A DNA stretch of 64,000 nucleotides from Thermoproteus sp. (GTDB lineage: Archaea; Thermoproteota; Thermoprotei; Thermoproteales; Thermoproteaceae): the NCBI GenBank assembly GCA_049976425.1, contig JBMFIG010000002.1:32001-96000 (forward strand), read 5' to 3'. Position 1 is the stretch's first letter; every line of letters starts with the position of its first letter. The translations under genes were made by a program, and so were the position numbers. This document shows positions 10,249 through 19,407 of this stretch, piece after piece. The notes below the pieces were generated by a model. The model saw only the letters and a program-made list of their open reading frames with translations, was not told the DNA's origin and did no database searches.

Positions 10249-10782
10249 ATGTCTGTTCTGACCCAGACAGTGACGAGGTGCCCGGTGTGCGGCGCCAACA
10301 CGTTCAACTACACGGAGTTCCTCTACGACGCGCCGTATTTCGGCAACATAGTGGTCTCGACCGGCTTCTGCAGGACGTGCGGCTACAGATTCTTCGACGT
10401 GGACTACGCCGAGTCGGGCAACCCCACGCGGGTCGTCTTCAAGGCGGAGGACGGCGACGACGTGTCGAAATCGTTGTTGATCAGGTCGAAGACCGGCAGC
10501 GTCAGATCGCCGGATCTGGGCTTCAGCCTCGAGCCGGGCCCCCAGGCCGAGCCCTTCGTGACTACGGTGGAGGGGCTCCTCTACAGAGCTCTCGACTACG
10601 CAGAGCGTCTGAAGGTTTTGGAGCCCGAGAGCGCGCAGAGGGTGGACGAGTTCATGGAGAGAGTGCGGAAGGCCATAGAGGCGGGCGGCTTCACCTTGAT
10701 AGTGGAGGATCCTCTGGGCAAGAGCGTGGTCGTCCCTAGACGGCCCGAGCTTGTGAGGATAGAGCCCCTCGGCAGTACCTAG
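10249..10782 (+). CDS. ZPR1-like zinc finger protein
   Basis: CPVC...PYFG...CRTCGY, TTVEG and EDPLGKS motifs. Confidence 0.92.
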   Translation: MSVLTQTVTRCPVCGANTFNYTEFLYDAPYFGNIVVSTGFCRTCGYRFFDVDYAESGNPTRVVFKAEDGDDVSKSLLIRSKTGSVRSPDLGFSLEPGPQAEPFVTTVEGLLYRALDYAERLKVLEPESAQRVDEFMERVRKAIEAGGFTLIVEDPLGKSVVVPRRPELVRIEPLGST

Positions 10783-11326
10783 CTAGGTAGGTCTTCAGCA
10801 GGTCGGGGTAGGGCGGCGGGTAGCCGGAGAGCTTCTTGACAAACATCTCGATTAGGTCCCTCGTGTCGTATCCTCTCTCGGCGTAGCGGCACGCCCTTAT
10901 TAGAGTCGCCAGCTTGTCGGCGAAGGAGACCAGAACGCCGAGCTTCCCGTCGGCTTTCCTGTAGCTCTGGAAAAGCTCGTAGAGGTGCGGGTACAAGCGC
11001 CTCATTGCCTCGAGCTCCAGAGACTCCCAGTCCACGACAGCCCGGACCCCGTTGCCGGGATGGCCCAGCTCGGCCTCGGCCAGATCGTGTATGGCCGCCG
11101 CCGCGACCGCCTTGGCGACGTCCACGTCCTCGCCTCTAGACCTCAGCTCGGCCGCTATCTCGCCGGCCAGAAGCGCGGCCAGGAAGGCGTGTTGGCACAC
11201 GGTCTCCGCCGCCTCGACCCCCCTCTGCAACCAGCCGATGCGCTTGATGTTGCAGAGCGTGTCGACGACGCTGACGAGGTCCCTGGCCCCCTCCCCGCCC
11301 TTCGGCATTCCCTCAGGGCGAGTCAT
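10736..11326 (-). CDS. HD-family hydrolase (YfbR/5'-deoxynucleotidase-like); the first ~15 codons derive from the IS right end
   Basis: KRIGW, ETVCQH, HDLAEA and ADKL motifs. Confidence 0.88.
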   Translation of the reverse strand: MTRPEGMPKGGEGARDLVSVVDTLCNIKRIGWLQRGVEAAETVCQHAFLAALLAGEIAAELRSRGEDVDVAKAVAAAAIHDLAEAELGHPGNGVRAVVDWESLELEAMRRLYPHLYELFQSYRKADGKLGVLVSFADKLATLIRACRYAERGYDTRDLIEMFVKKLSGYPPPYPDLLKTYLARYCRGALSSQARAV

Positions 11327-12738
11327 CGGCGCCCTCTACCCCTGCCCGTCTGGGCAGGGGTCATGGGGCTGGCCCGGGCCAGCACGGCGGGCCTTGAGAC
11401 GGGCCTCTCGGCTTGGAGGACTATTCTACTCCATTCCTCCAGCCGTCTCTCGTCCACAGCAGATAGGGCTTTCTTGACGATCTCGGCGAATCTGGGATCG
11501 AGTTTTTCCGCGGCCCTCCTCAACATGTTGAGGACGGAGGCCACATCTCTGTGGACCCAGTGGTTGTGCGGACACAGCCCGATCTTCGGCCCCATCGGGA
11601 AGGAAAGCGGTTCGCCGTGTATTGGACACGTCTTGGAGTTCCTGTACGCGGATACCAGCAGGAGCCTCAGCCCCCTCTCCTCCGCCTTATCGGCGGTCTT
11701 GGCCAGTATCGCCTTCATCGGCGTTTGCTTGACGCGGTGCCTCAACTCGGCGTTTCTAGTCCTCTCAACCATCTCCTCTTGAGGCCTCTCGCCTACATCC
11801 TCTGTGATGAGGACGGCGGGCTCCTTCGTTAATTCGTGGGCAACCTTATTGACCCTATCCCTCTTCCTGTCCCTCTCCCTCAGCCTCCTCACCCGCTTCC
11901 TGTACTCTCTCGTGTGGACGCCGGATGCCCTCTTCCCGTTTATTTCTACTGTCAGCTCCTCGGCCCACTTCCTGCGGATCGCGCCGTAGCGCTTGGCCAG
12001 ACGGCCGAAATCGGTGCGGAACACCTTAATCGAGATCGGCGGAGATATCCACTGACAGTTCTGCCGCGCGACCGTATCGACAGTGGCCTTTAGATCAACC
12101 CTAGCCGCGACGACAGTGTTCTCATTGACGTCGAAGGCGGTTATGGCTACGGGCTCCTTCTCCCCTTCTGGCTCCACCTCGTAGGTGAAGACGGCGTATA
12201 CCCTGTCTCTGACGCGCTTCAGCCTAATCGTGCTGGCGCGTTTAGCCCTCCCCGTCTTGGCAAGCCACTCGAACTTCCAGAAGCGTCTGTGGGGCCAGAG
12301 CTCCACTACATGCCTGCCGGACATGAGGCGGATTGATAGAGCGGTCGCCGAGTCGAAGCGCCAGGCATCGCCTCTTACGTAAGGCGCCACGCGCCCCACC
12401 CTCGGAGGCCTCCTTCCCGCCTCGGCCCAAGAGTTGTACGCCTCCACGGCGTCCTTAACCGCCTGTTGCTGGTAGGCGGCGGGGAGGCCGAACTGCTTGA
12501 CGGAGTCCTTCACCTCGTGCCATACGCGGAAGTAGCTGGCCCCCCGTACTTCTCCACGAGGTAGTCCACCGTCATCTGCTTAGCCTTCCTGTACGCCCTC
12601 TCAAGCTCTAGGTAGTCGAGGAGCTGGTTGCCGTCGAGCAGAAGCGGCACTGCGACAGAGCGCCTAACCACCATAACTAAATTAAGGCCTTGTTAAAAGC
12701 CCTACCCCACCCTAAAGGGCGAGGTTTGCCGCCGCTCT
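11283..12738 (-). mobile_element. IS200/IS605-family element, tnpB only (IS1341-like, non-autonomous)
   Basis: Left-end hairpin CCTCGCCC-TTTA-GGGTGGGG (minus strand, ~12705-12725); right end CTCGCCCT...AGGGCGGGGAGGGGGCCAG; tnpB inside; no tnpA. Joining the flanks restores ATG GAC CTC GTC of the HD gene. Confidence 0.85.
11323..12674 (-). pseudogene. tnpB: TnpB RNA-guided nuclease, frameshifted at a G6 run (12540-12545)
   Basis: 5' part MVVRRSVAVPL...VEKYGG from ATG 12674 continues in another frame as ASYFRVWHEVKDSVK. RuvC-I AFDVNEN, RuvC-II ITEDVG, Zn-ribbon-like CPIH...CPHNH and RuvC-III HRDVASVLN are present. Confidence 0.85.
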
Positions 12739-12948
12739 ATGACGCCCGCCCCGCGTGCACAACAACTGTTCGAAAGACATCCGCCCAGCCGTTGGAGCTC
12801 CCTGTGCCATGGAGCGTAATGCCGTGCATCTGTGGCCGGGTTGCTGCATATGGCTTGGCTTGTTGGTCCTCGTCCAGGAAGCACTTGCCCGTGCCACCTT
12901 ACACTAATGGGCCTTTATCGGACTGGAGTTCGAGGTCATCTCTATATC

Positions 12949-13029
12949 TTTCCTAAACTCTCGTCTACGCTTTCCTAAGTAGGAAAAATATAGGCGAAAG
13001 TTTAGGAAGAATGTATTAGGAAGAATGTA
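12949..13029. repeat. Cluster of TTCCTA/TAGGAA motifs, including inverted repeat TTTCCTA-AG-TAGGAAA and a 14-bp tandem repeat TTAGGAAGAATGTA x2
   Basis: Read directly: 12949-12956, 12971-12986, 13002-13015 and 13016-13029. Confidence 0.7.
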
Positions 13030-13037
13030 GATGGAAG

Positions 13038-13445
13038 CTATTTGACGACTAGGACGCTTACGTCGCTTTCCTGCACAAGTCTGCTCGCCACGCTCCCGAG
13101 GAGAGATCTCCGGATCGTCGAAAGCCCTCTGCTCCCCACCACTACTAAATCAGCCTTGACCTCCTTGGCGAATTTCGCTATCTCGTGCGGCGGATCGCCC
13201 TCAAGCAACCTACTCTCGGCTGTCGGGATCACGCCGAGGGCCTCTCTCAGAGCCTTCTCCCCGCTTTCGCGCAGGCTTTTCACAACGCTTGGGGTCGAGA
13301 AGGCCTCCGAGAGCGACAAAACGGCGGTGTCGACCACATGAACCACGTATACCTTGGAACCGAACTTCTCAGCAATTACCTTTGCAGTCTCGAGAGCCTT
13401 TTTGGCATGTTGAGACCCGTCGTACGCTACGACTATGGTCTTCAT
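13038..13445 (-). CDS. Universal stress protein (UspA family)
   Basis: IVVAYDGS, VVHV, DLVVVGSRG and LLGSVA motifs; start set at MKTIVV. Confidence 0.93.
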   Translation of the reverse strand: MKTIVVAYDGSQHAKKALETAKVIAEKFGSKVYVVHVVDTAVLSLSEAFSTPSVVKSLRESGEKALREALGVIPTAESRLLEGDPPHEIAKFAKEVKADLVVVGSRGLSTIRRSLLGSVASRLVQESDVSVLVVK

Positions 13446-13631
13446 AGAGAGGTGACCGACTCTGGTTTTTAACATTTCCGTCATAGTAATACCTAATTTG
13501 TGAGAATGAGATATATTTATTTATTGATTAATATTATTTAATTATAAATAAAATAAAATTACTATAGGTTGGTTCATCCAAATAATCGTCTTGGTGCGTA
13601 TCTAAGGTGCTTTTATAGGGTCGTTTTCGGC

Positions 13632-14198
13632 ATGGAGCACCTGTCCATATACCGCATGGCTGACGCCGTCCACGCCCTATTTGCGATCGATAGAGAGCCG
13701 TATGCGCTGAACGCGTTTCTGAAGATAGCAAACAGCTGGGTGTTGAGAGCGCTTTCCGACGTTCCGGGCTCGGATCTCAGGAGGCGTGCTTGTGGGGCCT
13801 TTATAAAACTGCTGGACAAAGCACGGAGCGTATTGGAAGCCCCGGCGGTCGTCAGAGCGCCCTGCTCGCCTAGAGGCGCGGCAAAGATAGAATCTATTAA
13901 GTACAGTGGCTGTGCCAAGTTTTTGGCAGAATGGGGGGCCGAGTTTGTCTATAGGTTTGTCTACGACGAAAGGATAAGGGCTAGGGCCGTAAAAGCTGCC
14001 GCGAGAAATTTGGCGGCTTATATGCAATACGGCTTGAGGGTCGAGGGCCCATATGCTGACGACTGGCTTGTCCTCGCCGAGGCTCCGCCGAGCTACGAGC
14101 CCCGCGACGTCGTGTGGAAGCCCTTTATGGCCAGAGTAAAGGTAGACATACTGCCTCAATGCGTGCAACTGTCCGCGGACGTTAGGACATGGATGTAA
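13632..14198 (+). CDS. Hypothetical protein, first gene of the pilus-locus operon
   Basis: ORF after an AT-rich divergent promoter region; overlaps the next gene; start set at MEHLS. Confidence 0.6.
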   Translation: MEHLSIYRMADAVHALFAIDREPYALNAFLKIANSWVLRALSDVPGSDLRRRACGAFIKLLDKARSVLEAPAVVRAPCSPRGAAKIESIKYSGCAKFLAEWGAEFVYRFVYDERIRARAVKAAARNLAAYMQYGLRVEGPYADDWLVLAEAPPSYEPRDVVWKPFMARVKVDILPQCVQLSADVRTWM

Positions 14199-14890
14199 AG
14201 GTCGATATAATAAACGCAGACAATCTCGCCGACTTCTTGAAGGAGCAGGCCGGAGCCACGGTGATAGATCCGTATCCCGAAATCGTGCCGACGGCGTTGG
14301 AGGACAAACTGCTATATCTAGCCTCGTCAATATACGGAGGGATAAGTCCTCTACCGCTGTTCTCGTTTGAGAAGGGAGGGGGCCGTTATTTACTGTCGCC
14401 GAGGCTCCACAAGCTTTTGGCCGACCTAATGCCGGGCCTCAAGGTGCTCCATATAGAGGTTGTCGGCGAGCCGCAGTACCCGTTTACGGCGATCGCGCTC
14501 GTGCTCAGAGATCTCGGCATCAGCGTCGACGAAAAATTCCTCAAGCAGTACATCTGTCCCGAGCTTGCCGCGTTGGAGGAGGACGACGTGCCGCTGGCGC
14601 GCGCCATAAGATCTGCCGTGTCCAAATACCTGACGATGGCGTCGTCGGGCGCCTCGACGCGATCGATAAAGTGTTTCTGCGGGCTCTGCGAGGATCGCGG
14701 CAGTGGACTGGACCTAGACGCGCTGGCGTTGAGCTTGACGAAGAGAGGCGCGTCGAGGGCATACAGCCGCCGCGGGTTAATGGACCTAAACGACGAGGAC
14801 AAGGCCATAATCATGCGCGTCATAAGAGGGCTTTCCATACCCGAATTCAGAAGGGAGCTCATCGATCTGCTCAACCGATATGAGGTATAG
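14189..14890 (+). CDS. Hypothetical protein with CxCxxC motif
   Basis: 233 aa containing KCFCGLC; overlaps both neighbours. Confidence 0.65.
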   Translation: MDVKVDIINADNLADFLKEQAGATVIDPYPEIVPTALEDKLLYLASSIYGGISPLPLFSFEKGGGRYLLSPRLHKLLADLMPGLKVLHIEVVGEPQYPFTAIALVLRDLGISVDEKFLKQYICPELAALEEDDVPLARAIRSAVSKYLTMASSGASTRSIKCFCGLCEDRGSGLDLDALALSLTKRGASRAYSRRGLMDLNDEDKAIIMRVIRGLSIPEFRRELIDLLNRYEV

Positions 14891-15233
14891 ACGCGGCGAC
14901 TTCGAGGCGTCGTTTGTGCGGATAGGCGGGGACAAGTACAGAGTTGAATTAAAGTATAGGGGGAGGCCTCTAAAGATTAAGAAGATTGTTTTGGAGTATC
15001 TCGTCTACGATCGTTACAGATATGCCGTAGATCCCCACAGCGAGGTCCTCTACGTATTTATCTCGCGGACGCCTCCCGTAGTTGTCAAGTCGGCATGGAG
15101 GTCCTCCAAGATAATAGCGAAGGCCAAGGACGGCGCTCTGGCCGCCGTCGCCGACGTTGTCCTCGACTTCGCCGAGGTCTACATGACGGCGTACAGGGCC
15201 AATGCCCTCGATAGATTATTCCATGAGGACTAA
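14880..15233 (+). CDS. Hypothetical basic beta-rich protein
   Basis: 117 aa overlapping both neighbours. Confidence 0.6.
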   Translation: MRYRRGDFEASFVRIGGDKYRVELKYRGRPLKIKKIVLEYLVYDRYRYAVDPHSEVLYVFISRTPPVVVKSAWRSSKIIAKAKDGALAAVADVVLDFAEVYMTAYRANALDRLFHED

Positions 15234-15927
15234 GTTCGCGGTTTTCTTCTCGGTCGACGGCGGCGTGGGCAAGACGACGCTGGCGCTGGCCACCGCTTTT
15301 GAGAAGGAGAGGGTCCTCATAATAGATGCCGATTGGGAGAAGGCTGATCTATCCTCGATCTTCGGCGTTCCCAAAAGGCCCGGATGGCTCGCCGGCCGGT
15401 ACGGCAAGGACGTCTACGTGCATAAAGTTCGCCCAAACCTCTACGTGATACCCGGCTACGAGGCTGCTATGCTGTACCAGTCCGGCAAGATAGGCGACTC
15501 CGAGCTCTTCGAGGCGCTCTACGATACCCTAGTCGCGCTTCCCGACGCCTTGGCCGAGGAGCGTCTTCCGGTGGATACCGTGATTGTCGACACGCCGAAG
15601 GCGCTACAGCTGACGTGGATTGAGGCCTTGCAGAGGAAGCTCAAGGCGCTTATGTACTTCGTAGCCGATAGGCGGCTCGTCACGAGGATAGCCGATGTTA
15701 AGATGCAGATATACGGCAGATACATGCGCTACGCCTCGCTTATAGTGGCCAACATGTTGGAGAAGGGCGACGAGAAGGCCCCCGGTATAAAGATGGTAAA
15801 CGCGTTCTTGACGAGGGTCAAGATGCCCTCCGATTACTCAGCCGAGAGGATATACAAGGCGGTCTTAGGGGATCGGCGGAATAGAGAGGCGTTGTCGTTG
15901 TTGGTCAAGTGGATAAAAGAGAAGTGA
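15223..15927 (+). CDS. MinD/ParA-family ATPase (TadZ/CpaE-like)
   Basis: SVDGGVGKTT Walker A, LIIDAD, VIVDTP and IVANM motifs; start set at MRTKF. Confidence 0.85.
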   Translation: MRTKFAVFFSVDGGVGKTTLALATAFEKERVLIIDADWEKADLSSIFGVPKRPGWLAGRYGKDVYVHKVRPNLYVIPGYEAAMLYQSGKIGDSELFEALYDTLVALPDALAEERLPVDTVIVDTPKALQLTWIEALQRKLKALMYFVADRRLVTRIADVKMQIYGRYMRYASLIVANMLEKGDEKAPGIKMVNAFLTRVKMPSDYSAERIYKAVLGDRRNREALSLLVKWIKEK

Positions 15928-15928
15928 G

Positions 15929-17530
15929 ATGTCTTTGGCAGGTGCTCTGTTTGCCAAGGCCGATAACTCGTTGTTGGATAGGTGCGTGTTGTTCAAGAAA
16001 GGCGTGATGGTCTACCGCAATTACGCCACCGACATCTGCATAACAGACGACGGAGAGTACGTGGTGGTCGATCCGCAGTTGCCGGATGTTCTCGAGAAGG
16101 CCCTCGCGTTAACTGCGCTTCGTGGCGCCGTGCCGCCCGATTACGGGGAATACGACAAGGCAATAAAAGACGCGTTGCTGGCACTGGCGCCGAGCCGAGG
16201 CGTAGCCGGCTGGCGGTGGTATAGAAACGCCTTGCGGACATATAGAGAGCATAGAGAGCTCGTTCACTACTTCCTGGACAGATGGAGCGGACACGGCGAG
16301 TTCGGCGGCTACGGCGTGCTGGAGGCGCCTATGAGGGACGATCTACTGACCGAGATCGCCGTACCGCAACCCCTGGCGCCTCCAGGCAGGTGGAGCGAGC
16401 TTCCACGCAATCCGTTAGAGCTCTTGGACAAAATATACGCGGAGATGGTCGAGCTGGGGCGCTACCGGCGCGTCGTCGCGATCCGCAACGAGGCGCGAAT
16501 GCCCACTAACGTGGTGGTGCCGGAGGCCTTCATGCCCATATTGGTGAAGAAGCTGGTGCCGAGCTTGACCCTCGAGCGGCCGTTCCAGACCAGAGAGGAT
16601 CCCGTATATCGGCTCAGAATAGCGGCGGATCTGCTCGAGTACAACGTGAATATAAGGAAGATGAGCGAGCCGCCGCGGCCCTCGGCGGGCCTCATTAAGG
16701 TGTACGAGCGCCCGCGCCGTCTCGAGGACTCGGAGAGCCGGCCGAACGTCCAAGACCTCTCTGCTCTAGAGGTCTTCGCGCTGGCCACCATAGCAGCTGA
16801 GGCGAGATGGACGGTGATATTCTCAGGGGCCATGGGCACCGGCAAAACCACCCAGCTGAACCTCTTGCTCTACTTCATCCCGCCGTGGATGCAAGTCGTC
16901 ATCATAGAGAGAGGCGCGCGGGAGATCTGGGCGCCTCTGGAGGGCCAGATCCTCCACATATCGGTCCCCTCGGAGTCGAGGCTCATGGACGCTCTGGATC
17001 AAGCCCTCCGCTACGGCACCATGGCCACCATAGTGACTCTGGCAGAGGCCAGGACCAGCCAGGAACTTAACTTCTTAGTTTCCTACAAGTTGACGGGCCA
17101 CGGCGGGCTGACGACGATGCACGCCGACACCATACACGACGCCCTTCTGCGTATAAAGAGGTCGGGCGCCCCTGTCGAGGCCCTCGCAAACACCATGATT
17201 CTGCAACTAGGAGTATCCGGAGGCGAGAGGTATCTAAAAGAATGGAAGGCGTTGATAGCGCTGGGCGGAGAGGTGGCGGAGGCGCCTGTGGCCGATGTGT
17301 TGGGCCTTCTGAACGCCTACACCAAGTCCACATACGATACCAAGATCCTCGACGAGGTGAGGACGAGGGCCGGTCTACTTAAGGCGATCGCGTCCAAGGA
17401 GCTGGAGCCTCTCGAGGCGCGAGAGGCTGTACTGAAGCTCTTCTCCCGTAGAGAGATATCGGTGGTCGACGACGCCGTAAAGCACGGCTATCAGCTGGAA
17501 GGTAGATATTTCCATGAAGCTCAAGTTTAG
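15929..17530 (+). CDS. Type IV pilus / type II secretion ATPase (TadA/VirB11/ArlI family)
   Basis: GYGVLEAPMRDDLLTEI, Walker A GAMGTGKTT, IIER..REI Asp box, LAEAR Walker B and GHGGLTTMHA His box. Confidence 0.9.
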   Translation: MSLAGALFAKADNSLLDRCVLFKKGVMVYRNYATDICITDDGEYVVVDPQLPDVLEKALALTALRGAVPPDYGEYDKAIKDALLALAPSRGVAGWRWYRNALRTYREHRELVHYFLDRWSGHGEFGGYGVLEAPMRDDLLTEIAVPQPLAPPGRWSELPRNPLELLDKIYAEMVELGRYRRVVAIRNEARMPTNVVVPEAFMPILVKKLVPSLTLERPFQTREDPVYRLRIAADLLEYNVNIRKMSEPPRPSAGLIKVYERPRRLEDSESRPNVQDLSALEVFALATIAAEARWTVIFSGAMGTGKTTQLNLLLYFIPPWMQVVIIERGAREIWAPLEGQILHISVPSESRLMDALDQALRYGTMATIVTLAEARTSQELNFLVSYKLTGHGGLTTMHADTIHDALLRIKRSGAPVEALANTMILQLGVSGGERYLKEWKALIALGGEVAEAPVADVLGLLNAYTKSTYDTKILDEVRTRAGLLKAIASKELEPLEAREAVLKLFSRREISVVDDAVKHGYQLEGRYFHEAQV

Positions 17531-17783
17531 GAACAACAACGATGGAGATCCCGAGATCAGCCTCGACGGCCAGCTAGAGCTAGGGCTGGCCGACCGCGAC
17601 GACCGCGAGGGCGATTGGGCCCTCCAGCTACTCAAGTCCCTACAGAGAGCGCCGCAGGAGATAGTCGACAAGCTAGACAGCGAACTGCTCGGGGCTGTCT
17701 TGAGGGAGGTCGCGAAGTCGGGAGGCGACGCAGGCGCGGTGGCGCGGCTGGCGCTTTCGTTGCTCGAGAGGTGTGGGAAATGA
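17514..17783 (+). CDS. Hypothetical protein
   Basis: 89 aa overlapping the ATPase stop, with an ATGA overlap to the next gene. Confidence 0.55.
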   Translation: MKLKFRNNNDGDPEISLDGQLELGLADRDDREGDWALQLLKSLQRAPQEIVDKLDSELLGAVLREVAKSGGDAGAVARLALSLLERCGK

Positions 17784-18187
17784 AGGACTGCGAGAAGTTG
17801 ATAGAGGACGGATACACGAGGGAGGCCGCCGAGGAGTTATGCGATACGGCTAAGGCCATAGGGATTAAGCCGTCCAGACTAGCCGCCGCTGCGAGGAGGC
17901 TCGAGAAGGAGGGCATAGCGTTGTTGCCCTCCGATTGGCTTGTGGTGAAGGAGGTGTTGGACAAGGGCTTCTCGCTGTCCACTGTCGTGGACTACATAGT
18001 GAAAAGGCATAGGGCCGGCCTATCGCCGTCGCAGATAATCGAGGAGCTACCTATAGCGGCCAACAACTCGGTCAAGAGAAGCCATATCTTGGGCAACTTG
18101 CTTAAGGTGCTGGAGGCGCCCGAATACTTCGTCGTGGAGGAGGACGGCGCTAGGAAGAGCTTGTTGCAGTTGTTGAGGCGTCGATGA
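17780..18187 (+). CDS. Hypothetical all-helical protein
   Basis: Start MKDCEK at an ATGA overlap; ends at an ATGA overlap with the platform gene. Confidence 0.65.
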   Translation: MKDCEKLIEDGYTREAAEELCDTAKAIGIKPSRLAAAARRLEKEGIALLPSDWLVVKEVLDKGFSLSTVVDYIVKRHRAGLSPSQIIEELPIAANNSVKRSHILGNLLKVLEAPEYFVVEEDGARKSLLQLLRRR

Positions 18188-19407
18188 ATAGGGAGGAGTT
18201 CTACATATACATAGCGCCGATCTTTGCAACGTATCTATCCCACATGTCCTCCGTCGAGGCCCTGAGGCGCACGGCGGCCGAGGCGGAGAGCCTAGACCGG
18301 AAGCACTCGCGCGAGCTGTTGCTAGCCAGCTTGACCCCGAACCCCGCCTCGTTGCTCTCGTCAGACGGGCTCGCCGTGGTGAGGCAGTACGGCTTCGCTG
18401 TATCTCAAGAAGAGGCGGGAGTACCCCGCCAAGTCCTCGTGCAGTCCTTCCTGCAGGCTATGAAGTCGATAGCGCTGGGCCGTATAGAGGCCGCCATGCA
18501 ACACTTCGTGGGGCTCTTCTCATCTCTGTCCAGCCTTATGTTCGCGCCGCTGTTACTGCTCTTCCTGTACGCGTACGGCCTTCTGCCTCTCGATCTCTTC
18601 TCGTTGCTGGGCGTAGCGGGAGTCTTCTCGTCTATGATAGGCCTACTGATATACAGATCGATGCCGAAAGATCTATCGCCGACCAGGACCTACGGCCGTT
18701 CTATCTTCCTGGCGGCCTTAGCCGGGGGCGCGGCGATTTATCTATCCATTGTCTGGTCCCTTCCAATATCGCTCGGCGCCGTTGCGGCCGGCGCCGTGTT
18801 GGCCATCTGGCTTCTGGCCACGAAACGCGTGGGGTGGTTTAGGCTAGCCGCCGAGATACCTGCCATGTTGAGAGATTTCGCCTCGCGTATATCCCAAGGC
18901 ATTCCCGCAGACCTCGCGTTGAGGGAGGTATCGGCGACCTACAAGGTGGCCTGGATGATAGCGTACTTCTACGAAATACCGTCCCTCATGTTCTCGTTGG
19001 CCAGAGCCATGTTCAACGCGGTGAGCTGGGCCGGGCCGAGCTTAGAGGCCGTAGACTACGTCCAGACGATCCTTAGCGAAAAGGAAAGGGGGTTGAAGAG
19101 GGTCACCGCGCTCACCGCCATGTTCATAGCCATATATCTGGCGGCGTCGGTGATACTGGTCTATTCACTTGCGGTATCGGTAACGGCGTTGCAAGCCGTC
19201 CCGTCGACGGGACAGTCGTTGATATACCCGCTACCTCCCGACGAGGTGAGGTACGCGGCCGCGCAGTTGCTGTCGGCTATGGTCACAAGCTTTGTCGCCG
19301 TGATGTTGCTCCCCTCGAAAGGCATGTGGGCCGGTCTTCTAGCGGGCGGCCTCGCCGGCATGTCGTTCTTCTACCTAACGACGGCGTTGTGGTCGCTTTG
19401 GGCATGA
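18184..19407 (+). CDS. Type IV pilus membrane platform protein (TadC/ArlJ/T2SF-like)
   Basis: Multi-TM protein with two cytoplasmic repeats (SSVEALRRTA; IPAMLRDFASRISQGIPADLALREV); follows the ATPase. Confidence 0.8.
   Translation: MNREEFYIYIAPIFATYLSHMSSVEALRRTAAEAESLDRKHSRELLLASLTPNPASLLSSDGLAVVRQYGFAVSQEEAGVPRQVLVQSFLQAMKSIALGRIEAAMQHFVGLFSSLSSLMFAPLLLLFLYAYGLLPLDLFSLLGVAGVFSSMIGLLIYRSMPKDLSPTRTYGRSIFLAALAGGAAIYLSIVWSLPISLGAVAAGAVLAIWLLATKRVGWFRLAAEIPAMLRDFASRISQGIPADLALREVSATYKVAWMIAYFYEIPSLMFSLARAMFNAVSWAGPSLEAVDYVQTILSEKERGLKRVTALTAMFIAIYLAASVILVYSLAVSVTALQAVPSTGQSLIYPLPPDEVRYAAAQLLSAMVTSFVAVMLLPSKGMWAGLLAGGLAGMSFFYLTTALWSLWA

Noticed and set aside
12690-12956. Short ORFs next to the IS left end as a possible tnpA
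   Set aside because: No HUH/Y1 or serine recombinase motifs in any frame examined.
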